Below are positions 1-13,147 of a DNA stretch of 64,000 bases, piece after piece (position 1 is the first letter of the stretch; each line of letters opens with the position of its first letter). The position numbers and the translations under genes are program-made. The DNA comes from Magallana gigas (Eukaryota), in NCBI RefSeq assembly GCF_963853765.1, contig NC_088860.1, positions 37,262,001-37,326,000 of the forward strand. The letters run 5' to 3'. Below the pieces are notes generated by a model that did no database searches, was not told where the DNA came from, and worked only from the letters and a program-made list of their open reading frames with translations.

Positions 1-739
1 AGGAAACTGGATGTCCAACAAATTACCCATCAGATCTATATACCCAAAATTTTTAGATATGATTTATTCAGCTATTAGCAGTTTTGTTAGTATAGAAACA
101 TTCGTAATATTTGAAATGTAATGTTTTGGATAATTTGCTTTATCTCTATGCAAAGGTTTCCTTTTAAATAAAAAAGAAGATTGATGTAAACTAAAAATGG
201 CCACGTCCATCCAGCTCTTTAAAATTGGAAATAATGAAACATGAAATATAATTTTCGAAATACTTTTCATCAGTTGTTATGCGTGCTTGGTAACCACATT
301 ATGCATGCTTGGTAACCACAAAGACTAAAGATTACAAGCTCGTGTAACTATTCCTTAAACAATTCATTGTGTTTATGGTATTGGTGCTGATCGCTAGAAA
401 ATATTGCAAACTCTCATATGATCCAAAATTTGAAAATATATTAAGCAATGTATAAAAGACGCCTACTTTTTTGAACATCATATTTTGAGATCGAAGATGC
501 ATCAACTGTCCAACCTTATTATCCAAGGCCAGGACGTATCAAAGATGACAACATGGTGTATACATAATTATAAAATAAATGGCGGTCACTATGACCTTGT
601 TATGAATATATGAGAATTTTTACTTAGAAAAATAACTAAAATCAACATTGTATTTCATGAGATTTTTTTTAATTTTTATTTTTCTATTTAAATCTACACT
701 GAACTTTAAACAAGGTTAAATACATTTGAATTTTGAACA

Positions 740-1720
740 CATCCTGGGATACTAGCATTGGCATATGGGTTACGGTTTTAACAATTTAGTATCTGCACTA
801 TTTAAGGGTGCTTGTTACAAAAGAATTTCACGTATTGTTACACTGTTTGTTCTTAAGAATATTTTTAAACACTTTCCCCATTATATTTCTAAATTGAACT
901 TTAAACTCCTCATATCTGGCATGGGGTCACAGTATTAACAATTTAGAATTTACACTACTTTAGGATGCTTGCATAGTTATCTCCCGAAACGTTTTTTAGA
1001 TGTTGAATTTTGGAAAATTTCCCTATAATATCTTTCTATGTCAAACTTTGATACTAATATTGGCTTCAGCTTTTTATTTTAATAATTACACTATCAGAGA
1101 ATGTTTGCATAGCAATACCATAAATTGTAGCATTACAATTCTTGAGATTAAACAAAAACCCCAAATTTTATATTCAAATGTTAAACTTTGAACCCATATT
1201 AAGACCCCAGTATTGACTTTTGGGCATCTTCACTACCTAAGGATACTTGCAAAATAATCCCCCAAATATTAGCACTCTTGTGTATAAGGTTTTTAATCAT
1301 TTTTCCAATATACTTTTATGTTAAACTTTTAACTCCCCCTGGGGGCCACATTATTAGCCTGGGGTTTTTATTTAAACAATTTAGAATCTACACAGTCTGA
1401 GGATGCTTGCTTACATGTAGTAATATCACAAAAAATAGCATATCAGTTTTTGGAGAATAAGATTCTAAAACAGTGTGTCTGTATACATATATATATGTTT
1501 AATCATTTAACTAGCTATTATTGACCCCTCTTGGGGCCCCAATATTGGTGTAGGGTCACAATTTAGAATCTTCTCTGTATATACAAGCTTTGAAGTAATA
1601 TGTGTATCTTTGGTACTGTGGTTCTTGAGAAGAAGATTATTTACAGACACACAACCTATTTTACTGTTTTAATTATCTCCGTTTGAAAAAGGGTTTCACT
1701 CTTGATTTAAACAACTAAGA
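740..1720. repeat. Degenerate array of ~6 x ~160 bp core repeats typical of oyster Helentron/Pearl-like elements
   Basis: Recurring ACAATTTAGAAT(C/T)TACACTA...AGGATGCTTGCA motif near 780, 940, 1085, 1230, 1378 and 1559. Confidence 0.55.
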
Positions 1721-1981
1721 ATCCTTTCTGAGAGTTGATTTTAATCAACTCTCCTATGCAGTTACTCTGGCAAACCGAAAGTGAAACAGTGTTTGGAAGT
1801 AAGCATAAATCATCACCGCTGACAAGATATCGATTTAGTTTTAATTCGATGTAATGTATCTTGAAGCATTGGTTTGTAAGAAACTTATTTATGAATACTT
1901 TGAAAATAGTCAGATGTTAAATAGTACGAACAATTTAGATATTTTTGCAGTCGTATGTATTCATACGCCAGAGTTCAACAA

Positions 1982-2140
1982 AGTCTTGTTCAACCATCGG
2001 CTGTCTCCGTAAATCTCCGAAATGCAGAGAGTCATTCTATATTTAGAGGTCGCGTTATCAAGCTATTACGTGACCTGGTGTACACATTCTCTTGCTTGTT
2101 GACTAACAGAGACAGCCGAGCATCTGGTTGAACGAGACTA
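1982..2140. mobile_element. Small MITE
   Basis: TIRs AGTCTTGTTCAACCA..TCGGCTGTCTC / GAGACAGCCGAGCATCTGGTTGAACGAGACT. AGAGTTCA occurs on both flanks. Confidence 0.65.
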
Positions 2141-2559
2141 GAGTTCACTATTGCTTGGATCCATACAAATTTTTGAATATTTCGATTACTTATACTTATT
2201 ACTCATTCGTAATTAGTTCCCATCATTGTTCTTCAATGATGAAATCTTATCAAAATTACCACAAACATTTATTACTTCGGGCACATAACATTGTGGAGGG
2301 TTAGAAATTGCTTGTGTTTCTAAACGAATTAACGTAAAAAAATCGATTTTAATTCTTTCAGACATTCTTAATTATTTATATTTGTCACTAACACATCAAA
2401 GAATTGTGAATAATTCTACCTTCTTTTCTACTTTTCCATTATTGTTCGCATAAGGAACAATGAAATATATTGAACATTTTGAACAGATTATAATCTTTCT
2501 TTATTATGCATGTTTGTCACAGAGACATAACAGTGTTCTGCACCTCTCCTCTAATCCGA

Positions 2560-5500
2560 TTACGTTTGACATTCCTCGTATTTGCTACAGGTGCAGCACT
2601 GTGGAAGCCTCAGTTGGACGAGTCTAAACCCACAGTTTTCACAGTAGATCCAGGTGTCAAACTGGCGGAAACTGTCCATCAGACACTCGCTGGGTTTATC
2701 TGGGTCATTTTCCAGGCAGCCTCTGTTAATGAAAGAACAAAAGTTATGACGTATCTACATCACTTAACCTTGCATTAGAAACATTATGAAGAATAAGAAG
2801 AAAAGAAATCGCCCTAATAATGTGACACTAGTGCTATTTCTTTATTCCATCCAGTTTAAGTAAACTATATATTTGCATTGTTACTCCTTTTGCAATTTCT
2901 TCGCGCTGCGTTTGACCTTTTACCTATTAATAATTATTTTAAAAAATTTCACATCGTTGGAAATAATTTTAATATAATATTTTTTAAATACGCTATAAAC
3001 TATTATTTGAACTGTACAATACTGCTTTATTGTCAATTTCTTCAATTCTGTGCTATCTTTTAATGAAAAAGGAATTATTTTGCTGGTATTTCTGTATCAA
3101 TCAGGAATTGACCTATCTATATACGATACTGTAAGAGATATCATAATATTTTATCATTATTCAACAGACTATTTTTGGAATTATCTTATTTTTGCGACCA
3201 CTTTGACATCGCAGCGATACAATGCGCAATGTTATATTCTGTTAAGCTTAAAAAAAACAACCTTTTTGTAAAAATGACTGACGCAAATAAAAAGAGTGAC
3301 ACATTTACCCCCTTTACTGCAAATTTTGTGCTATGTAAAATAACCCAATTATAAATTATTTCAAAGAAAGGTCATGTACTTACGATTTGTCTTCACACTT
3401 TGCGTATCTGATACATTGACTTTCAGGCTTGACGACATAACACGTTTTTCCATAAACCTGGACCTTTGTAGGATAGGCAACCTCTGATGGACAGACATTT
3501 GTCAGACCAACAGACTTGTAATAGCTAAAACAGAAATCATCTCATTAAAAACAATAAAATACTTCCAGTTTAATTGATATATAAAAAAAATGTCCTTAAA
3601 AAAGAAATTTCTTAAAAGGTTATCTGATGAAATGAGTTTTTAGCACTTGCATTGTTATAGATATTGACAGTATACATGTGAGTATTACTATGTATATAAT
3701 TGCTATCAACTTTAAAAAAGACTTGAACTATGAATTAAAACTTCTCAAACGTCTCTTTGTCGTCTGTTTTTGCTTCAATGATCTTTAATATCCCATACCT
3801 GTTGTCACAACGGATGTATTTTTCTTTAATGGCAGCCAAAACGCTTGGGTTCTTTCTTAAGAGGTATTCAATTTTCAATCTAAAATAAATGCATAGAATT
3901 TTCAACTTTTAACAACTAATAATTGATATAGGCAGAATATAAACTGATATTTGAAAAGAATGATATAAATGATATACAAAGGAATCATTAGACCTCATGG
4001 TGTCTCAATTTTCGTTGAATTCCTGGGAACCTCTGTCTTTTATATGTATAAGATAACACACGAAATTACGTTTCAACGAACCAATAAAATTTAAACAATC
4101 TACAAAAGTCGCCCTCACGAATTTTAATGATTCCACAATATATGATACATGTACCTATAAAATAGTATTAAAAATAAATCCAACGTTTTAAATAAAAGAA
4201 GAATATTCAAAAGATTTTTTTCTAATAACTTTATAGATGATTTATTTAACACAAATATAGCAATATCATATTTTTGAAGACATGTTTCAATAATTTCATT
4301 AAGTATTTTATTTGTCTAAGAAACAAAATCAACATTTAATTATGAAAAAAAAATCTATTTTGATTTAAGGTAACTCCGTATCTATAAAATTATGGGTTCA
4401 AAGTTAAAAACTTAACTGTTTTTTAACTTATTAGACTTGAATTTCATCAAAAAATAAATAAAATATATATGTATCCATACTATTTAAGATGTAAGATAAT
4501 AAAAACCAAAGGCTGAAATTATCATCTGAAAATTACTTTTTTTGGTTTAAAAATTAAATATAAGTGGATGGATACTTGTTTGTCTATTTAAATTTTATCG
4601 CTTACTTTGCCAGAAAACTAAAATTAATTAAAAAAAAGAAAAAATTGTTTACATTAGAAAAATTATAGCATTTAGATATATCACTTAGAGAAAAGTAGAA
4701 AAGAGTTATTTCCCTTTGTCATTATTGAATTATGTCGAATAAAAGGATAAAGAACGCTTATTAAATATCTCCAAGTAAACAATAATTTGAGTTTTTGATG
4801 TGCACCTATCATAACATAGAAATTACAAATCTACTTGCAATAATTTTAATGAATTCATGGTTTATGTAAAATGTATGACGTCACAGGAGGGTGGATTTAC
4901 TTTAAAAAGGTTTTTTGTCCAACGACACTCCTAACAAACCTTACTGTTAAGCAAAACTAGAAAATTGTATCTCCTTTTTAACAGCAGCTTACTTTGTACT
5001 GGCTGGTATGCAATCGTCAGAGACAGGGAGAGTGGGGTTCTCCGGGCCGTCCGTCCAGCATTCATCCTCTTTGTCAAAATCTCCGTAAATGCTTGTTTTG
5101 TCATATAACTCCACAGCAAAGGCATCTGCTGCCTCTGTGGTCACCCAAAAAAGGGCAGAACCAATCAAAGTGAGGAATATGGCCTGAAATATTTTTTATA
5201 AACAGTTACTTTAAACGTTAAATTGAACACCCTAGTTTGTGAGAGATACTGAAAGCGATATAAAATATCGAATATATAAGAGGACATACAGTAAATCACG
5301 CTTATAATGAACTGAACCTTACACTTAAATGGACGTGATTTTCATTCTCTGTGGGGAACATATTGTGAAATTAACGGATGTAACAAATTATCTTTATAAC
5401 GAAGTGAAAAGCCCCTCCCTGGCTCTTTTTATAAACGTGTTTTACTGTACATGTAACGGTGTACTGAATTTTATATATCTTTATTAAGAACCTTAGCTAG

Positions 5501-6654
5501 AAAAAAAAGTGGCCCTGAATTCCTCTAATTATGATATATTCAGATTACATATGTGTGAAAATTGATGAATTGATATGAAATAATATGGATGTTTAAAAGA
5601 TGTTTTAAAAATAAAATAAAAAAAATAAAAAAATGTTTTAAAGTTATATTTATCTTATACATTTATTTGTGTAATAGTTTTAAAACATGTATAAAACCAG
5701 TGTTTGTTTTTATGTCAGTCTCTCTTACAGTCTCATAACTGATATTAACAACAACGTTCGCGAATTGTAGCGCTATTTAACAATTTTAAAAAGAAAAATG
5801 GATGATAATTATTTAATAACATTATAATTGTGTACCTCATCTGAATACATATTTCCTTAAAACAAACGCCATAGTTTAAAAAAAAATTACAGAAAAATTA
5901 TGCAAACTAAGCAAATTGATTCCAAGACTGAAAAAATGAGAATATTTCTATTCTCTTAAGATCCATTTTAGAGTAACTATGTCCCTCTATTCGGGATAAT
6001 GAATCTTTTCAGACATATATTTTGCAGTAAACCATGTTTTTGTAAATCATTTGAAATAATTTAAACCCGACATTATAGTATTTCTAAAAACAACCGAAAT
6101 ACCGAAATAAAAAAAAATTCTTCCATAACGTTAAGTATTTAAAAGAATGATTTTGTTTAAGAATTAAAAAAAAAAGTTTTATGTAGCCGCAAACAACATT
6201 CATACATTCGAAGTTTTGATCGCAAATTAAATGGATTGTCTTCGTTACAAATATATTTTAAACCTCTGACCTTCATTTAAATGACCTATCCTTGCATAAG
6301 AAATTATACCCAGGTGTAGACGTGGTCAATATTTTCTGTAAGGAGCGAGAAAAAAGCTCAAGTCCCATATAGAAATTACTGACAACGCAAAAACATCGTA
6401 AGGTGTAACGTAACGTAATCACTACTGAGTAATTGTGAATAAAACAAAACTTCACTCGGTTGCTGTTAACCTAACACTTTTTTATTTTACAAATTAGCAG
6501 GCTGTAAAACATGACACGATACAAGACAATTAACCCCTTTTCATCCAGTATTGCACCAACCAAGGTTTTGTTGAAAACTAATTTGTTATCCTTGAAATTC
6601 ATATTAGAATTAAATCAAAGAAAGTTTTGTAAAAGATGAAATATTTACCTTCAT
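2560..6654 (-). CDS. Gene B1: secreted Spaetzle-like cystine-knot protein, 166 aa, 4 coding exons, intact
   Basis: Exons 6654-6649 (ATG AAG|GT), 5183-4993, 3524-3384, 2722-2560. All introns GT-AG, phases 0/2/2, 501 nt total. Protein: MKAIFLTLIGSALFWVTTEA-ADAFAVELYDKTSIYGDFDKEDECWTDGPENPTLPVSDDCIPASTNYYKSVGLTNVCPSEVAYPTKVQVYGKTCYVVKPESQCIRYAKCEDKSGCLENDPDKPSECLMDSFRQFDTWIYCENCGFRLVQLRLPQCCTCSKYEECQT*. Hydrophobic signal peptide; C-terminal LPQCCTC resembles Spaetzle IPSCCKC. AATAAA on the minus strand at 2500-2505. Gene structure is well supported; the family name is pattern-based. Confidence 0.88.
4369..4901. mobile_element. Kolobok-like non-autonomous element in B1 intron 2, absent from B2
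   Basis: TTAA|GGTAACTCC ... GGATTTACT|TTAA, with subterminal TGACGTCA. The matching site in unit 2 (~14920-14935) is empty. Confidence 0.7.
5289..5447. mobile_element. TA-flanked MITE in B intron 1 (copy at 15309-15467; same family at 61423-61596)
   Basis: TA|CAGTAAATCACG ... CGTGTTTTACTG|TA. Confidence 0.7.
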
Positions 6655-7729
6655 GATGTACAACTGCTGAATCAAGATGACTGAATATACCTATGAATCA
6701 TTCTCTTTTATATGCTTGGTGTGTTACAAAACATGCTAATTAGTATACACATTATTATTCGATAAAATCTTTTCACCTATTCAATTTTCAATGCTTAGTC
6801 CAAATTGATTTAGTACATGGTACATACCATCACTATCTGATGCTTGAGGTTTAATAGGATAAGTTTATCTAGTGCCCCAAACGTCACGATTTGCTTCTTT
6901 CCAAAGAACTGTCCAATGTAGTTTTTCTTGGAAACAAAATTTTACTCTTTGTAATTTAAAACATTTAAGGAGGCTGGTTGGTCAACACAATTAAAAATTA
7001 GATCTAGCTTAAATTTTAAAGAAATAAATCAACATTTATTCAAGAAACTGAAATTTCACTTTAAAGTTTCTATGTTTTTTAATATCTTTATACAGAACTC
7101 TTCTTTTGAAGAAGAACGACTTAGTCTAAACATATTAAGTGATGTCCGTTCAGTCCCTTTAAAATTTATAAATATATTTTCATATTTAGATACCCCCCAG
7201 CCACTTTTTAAAATCAGATTTCTTGTTTTTTTTTTTTAAATCAAGTTTCGTGTTAATTCTTTTTTGTTTTTTGCTTTTCTACATTTTTTTCTTTCAACTC
7301 ATAATTCCTCCTAAAATTGGCGCTGTATAATAATTTGCTCTATATAATATGGGTGACAGAACATTTTCTCTAATATTTTTTCGAAGGTGTTCTAGTGTGG
7401 TTTAAACTTAAAAATTATACCAATACAAAAGGTTTTTTAAATTAACTCCTTGAATACATTTCGTTTTAAATGTATTAATAACAGATTAACTATTGATTTT
7501 TCATCGATTCTTCGATTATACAACTTTAATGTAGTTTCATAACGTGATTGAGATTTGCAGATGAGTTGATATGATAATTTGTTAAAACGTTAATTTTCAG
7601 TCTATACACATTTGATGGGCTTAAGATATGCAAAATATATACGCGTTGTATAACATACACGGTATTTATACAGGGTGATTTTGAGCCGTAAGTCATAAGT
7701 CACCCACTAAGTGAACATCGGCAAACATC
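6655..7729. promoter_or_regulatory. Divergent (bidirectional) intergenic promoter region between B1 and A1; repeated at 16632-17706 and, longer and diverged, at 28953-31286
   Basis: B side: TATAAAAG on the minus strand at 6705-6712, 30 nt upstream of an Inr-like TCAGT (6680-6684). The same geometry is in B3 (TATAAAA 29015-29021, TTAGT 28990-28994). A side: TATTTATA at 7663-7670, about 30 nt before TAAGTC. Confidence 0.6.
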
Positions 7730-9688
7730 ATGCAGGTAAGTTTAAGACTGTAACCAAAAATTAATTTACGGTGTATGCCATTTAATATGCAATTCTACCA
7801 CTGTTATTTTATTTGATTTTTTGAAAAAAGCTAATTATAAAAAGTATCACAAAAATTTTTTGGTTATTGAATGTTTAAAAATAATTATTATAGACTGTTT
7901 TTCATGCGATGCTCGACTTTCCAAATATTGTAAATATTAAAGTCGATAATTGTGTTTTGACAATGATATTGATTGATGAAATCTGTCTTTGAAATCAAAG
8001 TGTTTATTATATTTGCAAGAACTTTGTATACTTTAACATTGAATAAAAGAAAATGCACGTGTTTTGCAACAAATCATTCAGTTCTGGTTAACATTGAAAA
8101 CTGCAAATGCCGAGGGTCAGTCAGGAGAGTAATTGGAAGTTTGATTGAAGCTAAGACATGTGATTGCTTTGTGATCTGATCCAGAACAAAATATATTCTA
8201 AGAATAAGTACGACAACAAAACCAGCACAATTATACTCTTGGGATATTCAGAGATAGAAAAGTATTTAGACTCCAAATATTTTATTGATATACAAAATTA
8301 AATTACACGAGTAATACCACTATTTATTAGTTCTCGAAACCTGAATTTTTTTCAATGGTAAATTAAGACGACATACGAAAAATTTATCCCAGAATGATTT
8401 GACATGCATAAAAAGATTGTTTTCAATTCATAATGTTCATTTAATCATCTTAAAGGTCATAACTGTGGTCTTTGCGATTTCTCTCCTGTTCTGGAGTCAC
8501 GTGGTCGGTGAGGATTCTCTTGTTGCTAAACAAGCTGAACGTCGTGATACTGACTTGTATGCCTATTCGGAGTATGACAAAACTAGCCTGTATGGAGAGT
8601 ATAACAAAGAGGACAAATGCTGGACAGATGGACCTACTAACCCTGAGCTACCAGTTGGAGACGAGTGTCAAAGCGCGGCTGTGAAGTAAGATTAGCCTCC
8701 ACAATATTGTATTGCTTATCTACATACATCAAATATTCATTCAAGTAAACATGCAAACATCTTTTTAATACTTTGACATATGATAGAAAAAAAGTAGTTG
8801 TTTTTAGTTTACACGTGAAAGATGGAAAGATTGAACGTATATAATTAATAATTGATAACGAACAATAATATGATCATAATATTTATTATTTTTTCAGGCT
8901 GAAGATTGAGTATCTTTTGAGAAAGAATCCAGCTGTTAATGAAGAAATCAAAGAGAAATATCTTCACTGCGCAAACACGTAAATTAAATTCTACACAATA
9001 TGTGATTAATTGATTAAAAAACCATTTCAATCAGAGCAGAGAAATTGGACATTTGATATATTTCATGTATTTTAATTTTTTAAAAATGTATGCAAAACTG
9101 GTTTTTAGCTACTACACTCCATATGGGCTGGATAATGTTTGTCCCAGCGAGGTCACCTTTCCTACGACAGTTGAAATATATGGCAAGACCTGTTACATCG
9201 TCAAGCCAGAAAAGCAATGTCTGACCTACGTGAAATGTGACGACGCACCGTAAGTATAAGATAAATAATACTTGCATTTGCCAAAACCGCTTAATCTTAA
9301 AATATAAATCTTTGAATGACTTTATTTAAGACTTATATTCAGACTAATTTAAAAAAATACATGGAGAAACTAATAAAACAATGCTTTACAGTCTATTATA
9401 GGAAAAAATTGAATTGAATTGAAACCTCAATTACATATAGTTTAATTTGTTTAAAAAAAACAAACAAACATCCTTCTCGAAAACCCCCCCTAAAGTCACA
9501 GGAATATATAGTGTAAAATTATCTCTAGGGGCTGCTCTGGTTCAACGACAGAAGAAAGCAAGTGTTTGATGTCATACTTCCGTGACTTCAATGCATGGGT
9601 TTATTGCGAGAATTGTGGATTTACGATGGTCAAGCTAAGACTTCCACAATGCTGCACATGTAACAAGTATGAAGAATGTGATACGTAA
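7730..9688 (+). CDS. Gene A1: secreted Spaetzle-like cystine-knot protein with short pro-segment, 178 aa, 4 coding exons, intact
   Basis: Exons 7730-7735 (ATG CAG|GT), 8456-8685, 9109-9249, 9529-9688. GT-AG introns, phases 0/2/2, 537 nt. Protein: MQVITVVFAISLLFWSHVVG-EDSLVAKQAERR-DTDLYAYSEYDKTSLYGEYNKEDKCWTDGPTNPELPVGDECQSAAVNYYTPYGLDNVCPSEVTFPTTVEIYGKTCYIVKPEKQCLTYVKCDDAPGCSGSTTEESKCLMSYFRDFNAWVYCENCGFTMVKLRLPQCCTCNKYEECDT*. AATAAA at 9723-9728. Confidence 0.88.
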
Positions 9689-12600
9689 AAAAACCATTTG
9701 ATGATTGCACCGGTATGGTTTAAATAAATTGAATCCAATCCATAACTGTCTTATGTGTTTTATGTATTTGGGGAAAAAATTGCTTTGTTCTGCAATATTG
9801 TGTGAGGTACACACTAAAAGGAATTGATGTTCGTAGCATGTGTTTTTTTTCGAATTAGTACCAGTATAACGACGCAATGCATACTTTGTGTTTCGGATGC
9901 AACCTTAAAAGTTTCATATTTTTTAAATATACGTGTATTGAATTTTATCATAACAGTCAAACTTTTCCGATTTTATCTTAATCAACTTTAAAAATGGCTT
10001 TGCTTTGATAAAAACAATACCTGCTGTTTTCGAACTCGGGTTATAGGCCACAGCTGTACACACACATGTAGTGCTACAGAATTAGACACCCACTTCAAGT
10101 CATTTAATTTTGATACTTTCAATTACACCCGTAAATATTTTCCTTTATCAAACACGATTTGTGCAATCTGCTGCTATATCTGCATAATATCAGCTTGGAT
10201 CAAGAGGTCAAGCAGCGCATAACTAATCTGGATCAATCATTTTTCCATGTAAGAAAACTAGCCGACTCACATCTAGTATTGTAATGAAAACACATAAAAT
10301 AGAAATAAAAACGTAAACGCAATACCACAGATCTTTCGTGTATAGACCTACCAATATTACCTTAACAACGATCATCATTATCTTGCAAATAGAAAATAAT
10401 ACAAGTAATCGGTAAACCATGTATAGCGCCAGTTAACAGCGTTGTAAAGTAAACGAGTTTAAGACAACCACTCATTGGTATACTCTACTTAATTCTAAAA
10501 AAAATTGATTCCATAAGAAGCAAAATATTTTAATCTTTAAAGATAGATATACTTTCACAAATATTGGCAAAGTCATTTTTATCAACCAAAAACTGATATG
10601 AAATATAGCCATAATATGCAAGATGGTTTTTAAAACAATAAGCAAAATAATCCTCAAAATATCGCTTATATAAACGTGCAACCCACCGAAATACTTTTCC
10701 AAACTATTTCTTCAATTTTGGGATAATAACGTTATAAAACAACTCAAGCGAACCTGAATTATTTAAGAGTTATGTAAAACGGATTTATAATATAGACAAT
10801 ATACATTACGTTATCATAATGTGCAAGCAACCATACCTGCTTAACATAATAATTTGAAAACAATAAGCGTTTAAACAGCCTTATATGTTTTTAAAATTAT
10901 GTAAAAAAAAAATAAGAAAATGTAATATTCAAGAAAAAGATTATCAAACGTGTTGATATAATTGTTTTTCCAACGGGTTAGAACATTCAATCCTTGTCCA
11001 AGGCATTTACCATTTTATACAACTTCATTGTGGGTAAAATATGGAACACGAAGTCCGTTCGTTAACATGTCATCCAACAGCAAATATCTTATTAATATAT
11101 CAGAAGATATTTTATTTCTATTTCTAACATGTCATCTAATTTTAGAAACTTTTAAATATGCTTATCCTAGAGATTATTTTCATCCAACATTGAAGTAATA
11201 GCCTGTGTTTTTACGGTATTCTACTCCCATTGAAAGTTTATTTTATGTATCGCTATATTTTAGGCATATATGTTACCTTATATTATTTTTTATGTACATT
11301 CATTTTTCAAAAAGGCATGTCCTGTATGTTTTGTTAGGTTTTGCTTACAATTATCGTCTGTAAAAACGTTTTCAGGATAACAATGTGAACTAATATCTGT
11401 TATCTTATTCTGCTATTTTGTTTAAATTAAAGGCAGTATTATTATTGTTATATTTGAATTGCTTTGTGGTTGGTTTTGAAGTGAGGAACTGGTAAAATTA
11501 TTTACCGAATTTAATAAATTATTCACAAATAGCAATAATTACCCTATCTACCGGTTTCAGACGGTTTGTATTTTCAAACTCAGTATGCTAAAAAGTATTC
11601 TTTATGTGGTAACTTCCCCCAATTTACTCGAAATATCATTTCTGGGTGGAACAGTTCCTACGATCCCCGCTCACTACTAGTATATAAAAGAGTTCCAGGG
11701 ACGACTTTTCTCGTATATATACATGTACATGTGTCTTAAAAAACACAAACTCAAAAACGTGATATATTTAAAGAATTTCAGGTAAATAAATACACGTATC
11801 GATCTGCACATGTGGATAATGTAATCCAAGCGCTTATTTGAAATTCATTTGCTTTAACAAAGTTTGTTAGATAAAAATTGACTACGCGACAATTACCGCA
11901 TCTAAAGTGTCAACAGGTAGCTGATTATGTAATGGGAAATAATCACCGAGAAAACACCCTCATTACACTCGGTATCCGCAGAAATACCCCAAACGGAGTC
12001 CGGAAACACGCATAAAAAGGTAGTCAAAGTTTGATACATGTATAATATATTGTATATTTATTTTTATAGTAAATAATAATAAAGAAAATTTATATGGGAT
12101 TCGAACGATGCACAGTTGTCCTGCATTTATGTGATTAACATTTTCACCATCTGTATGTAAATGTTCACATATCATAGTTTGTATGTAAGCAGTGGAACAC
12201 ATTTGTTTCAATTTACTAAGTCAGAGAAAACGAAACACTACCACCAACCAGATTTGTAGTACTCCGACTTTATATAAGCTGGATGTAGCTGTTATTTTTG
12301 GCTATTTTAAGGTAATTTAGAACTTCCTGGACCTTGATCAGGACACGGGTACTTAAAACTTGTTTGATATAATGTATGTGAAATAAATCTTGTTTGTAGC
12401 AGTTTATTCAAAGAACAGTGGGGTTGGAATCACTAGACTCATTCGTTATCAATCAATGAAGTTTGCATAACATAATATTTTCACAACTTTGACATTTACC
12501 TCACATCGAGCATTATATGCTATTATGTAACTTAAATAACGTATTAAATTTAAACATCCTATTATTTATTTATCAGGTATTTTGAATAATAAATGAAATG

Positions 12601-13147
12601 GCAATAATATGATACATTTTCTATACTATTCACCTTAGATATATTATGCGGTTTGTCTATTTATTGCGTGTGTGTGTATGCCGTCATTAAAGAAAATGCC
12701 ACAAAGTTATGGCATCTCTCTATTTTATTATTTTATCCCCAAACCAAATATTTGTACTATTCCAATTTTATCATTTATAAAGAATCAATGATTTTTTTGT
12801 AATACTTTGTAAAAGCTGTTTGTCCCCTGCAAAAATTTGGGTTCAGTTCGTTCTATGTTGAATTTTCTCTTTCTTCGATTTTAAAAAATGACAGTTGTCA
12901 CGTGCCAAGGAAAGTAAGAACAAGACATTAAAATCAAAATTAAATATCATTTTTAAAGTACATTCGTCACAAAGACATTCAAATACTCAAACCATTTCTA
13001 TTATCTACTTATACCTAGTAATACATATTCCAAACCACAAGTGTCACAAATGGAATCAAGGAACAAGTTAGACGTTTTGAACAGATTTTAATATTTCTAT
13101 AATATGCATGTTTGTCACAGAACCAAAAACTGTTCTGCACCTCTCCT

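Noticed and set aside
740-1720. Regularly spaced repeats as a CRISPR-like array
   Set aside because: Eukaryotic context, degenerate ~160 bp tandem units with no unique spacers, no cas genes.
2506-2778. 90 aa plus-strand ORF (and 13112-13294, 9080-9277, 19061-19258, 32363-32569, 27758-27955)
   Set aside because: Antisense shadows of the real cystine-knot exons.
8472-8684. Alternative-frame ORFs over exon 2 (also 4931-5125, 18453-18665, 27676-27975, 31768-31980)
   Set aside because: Wrong frame. The spliced frame gives signal peptide, conserved Cys and compatible intron phases.
7730-9688. Calling A/B bursicon, GPA2/GPB5, TGF-beta or a true neurotrophin, or giving the symbol spz
   Set aside because: No CxGxC motif, 14 rather than 6-7 Cys, and no long pro-domain. 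Only a general Spaetzle/NGF-type pattern is supportable without a search.
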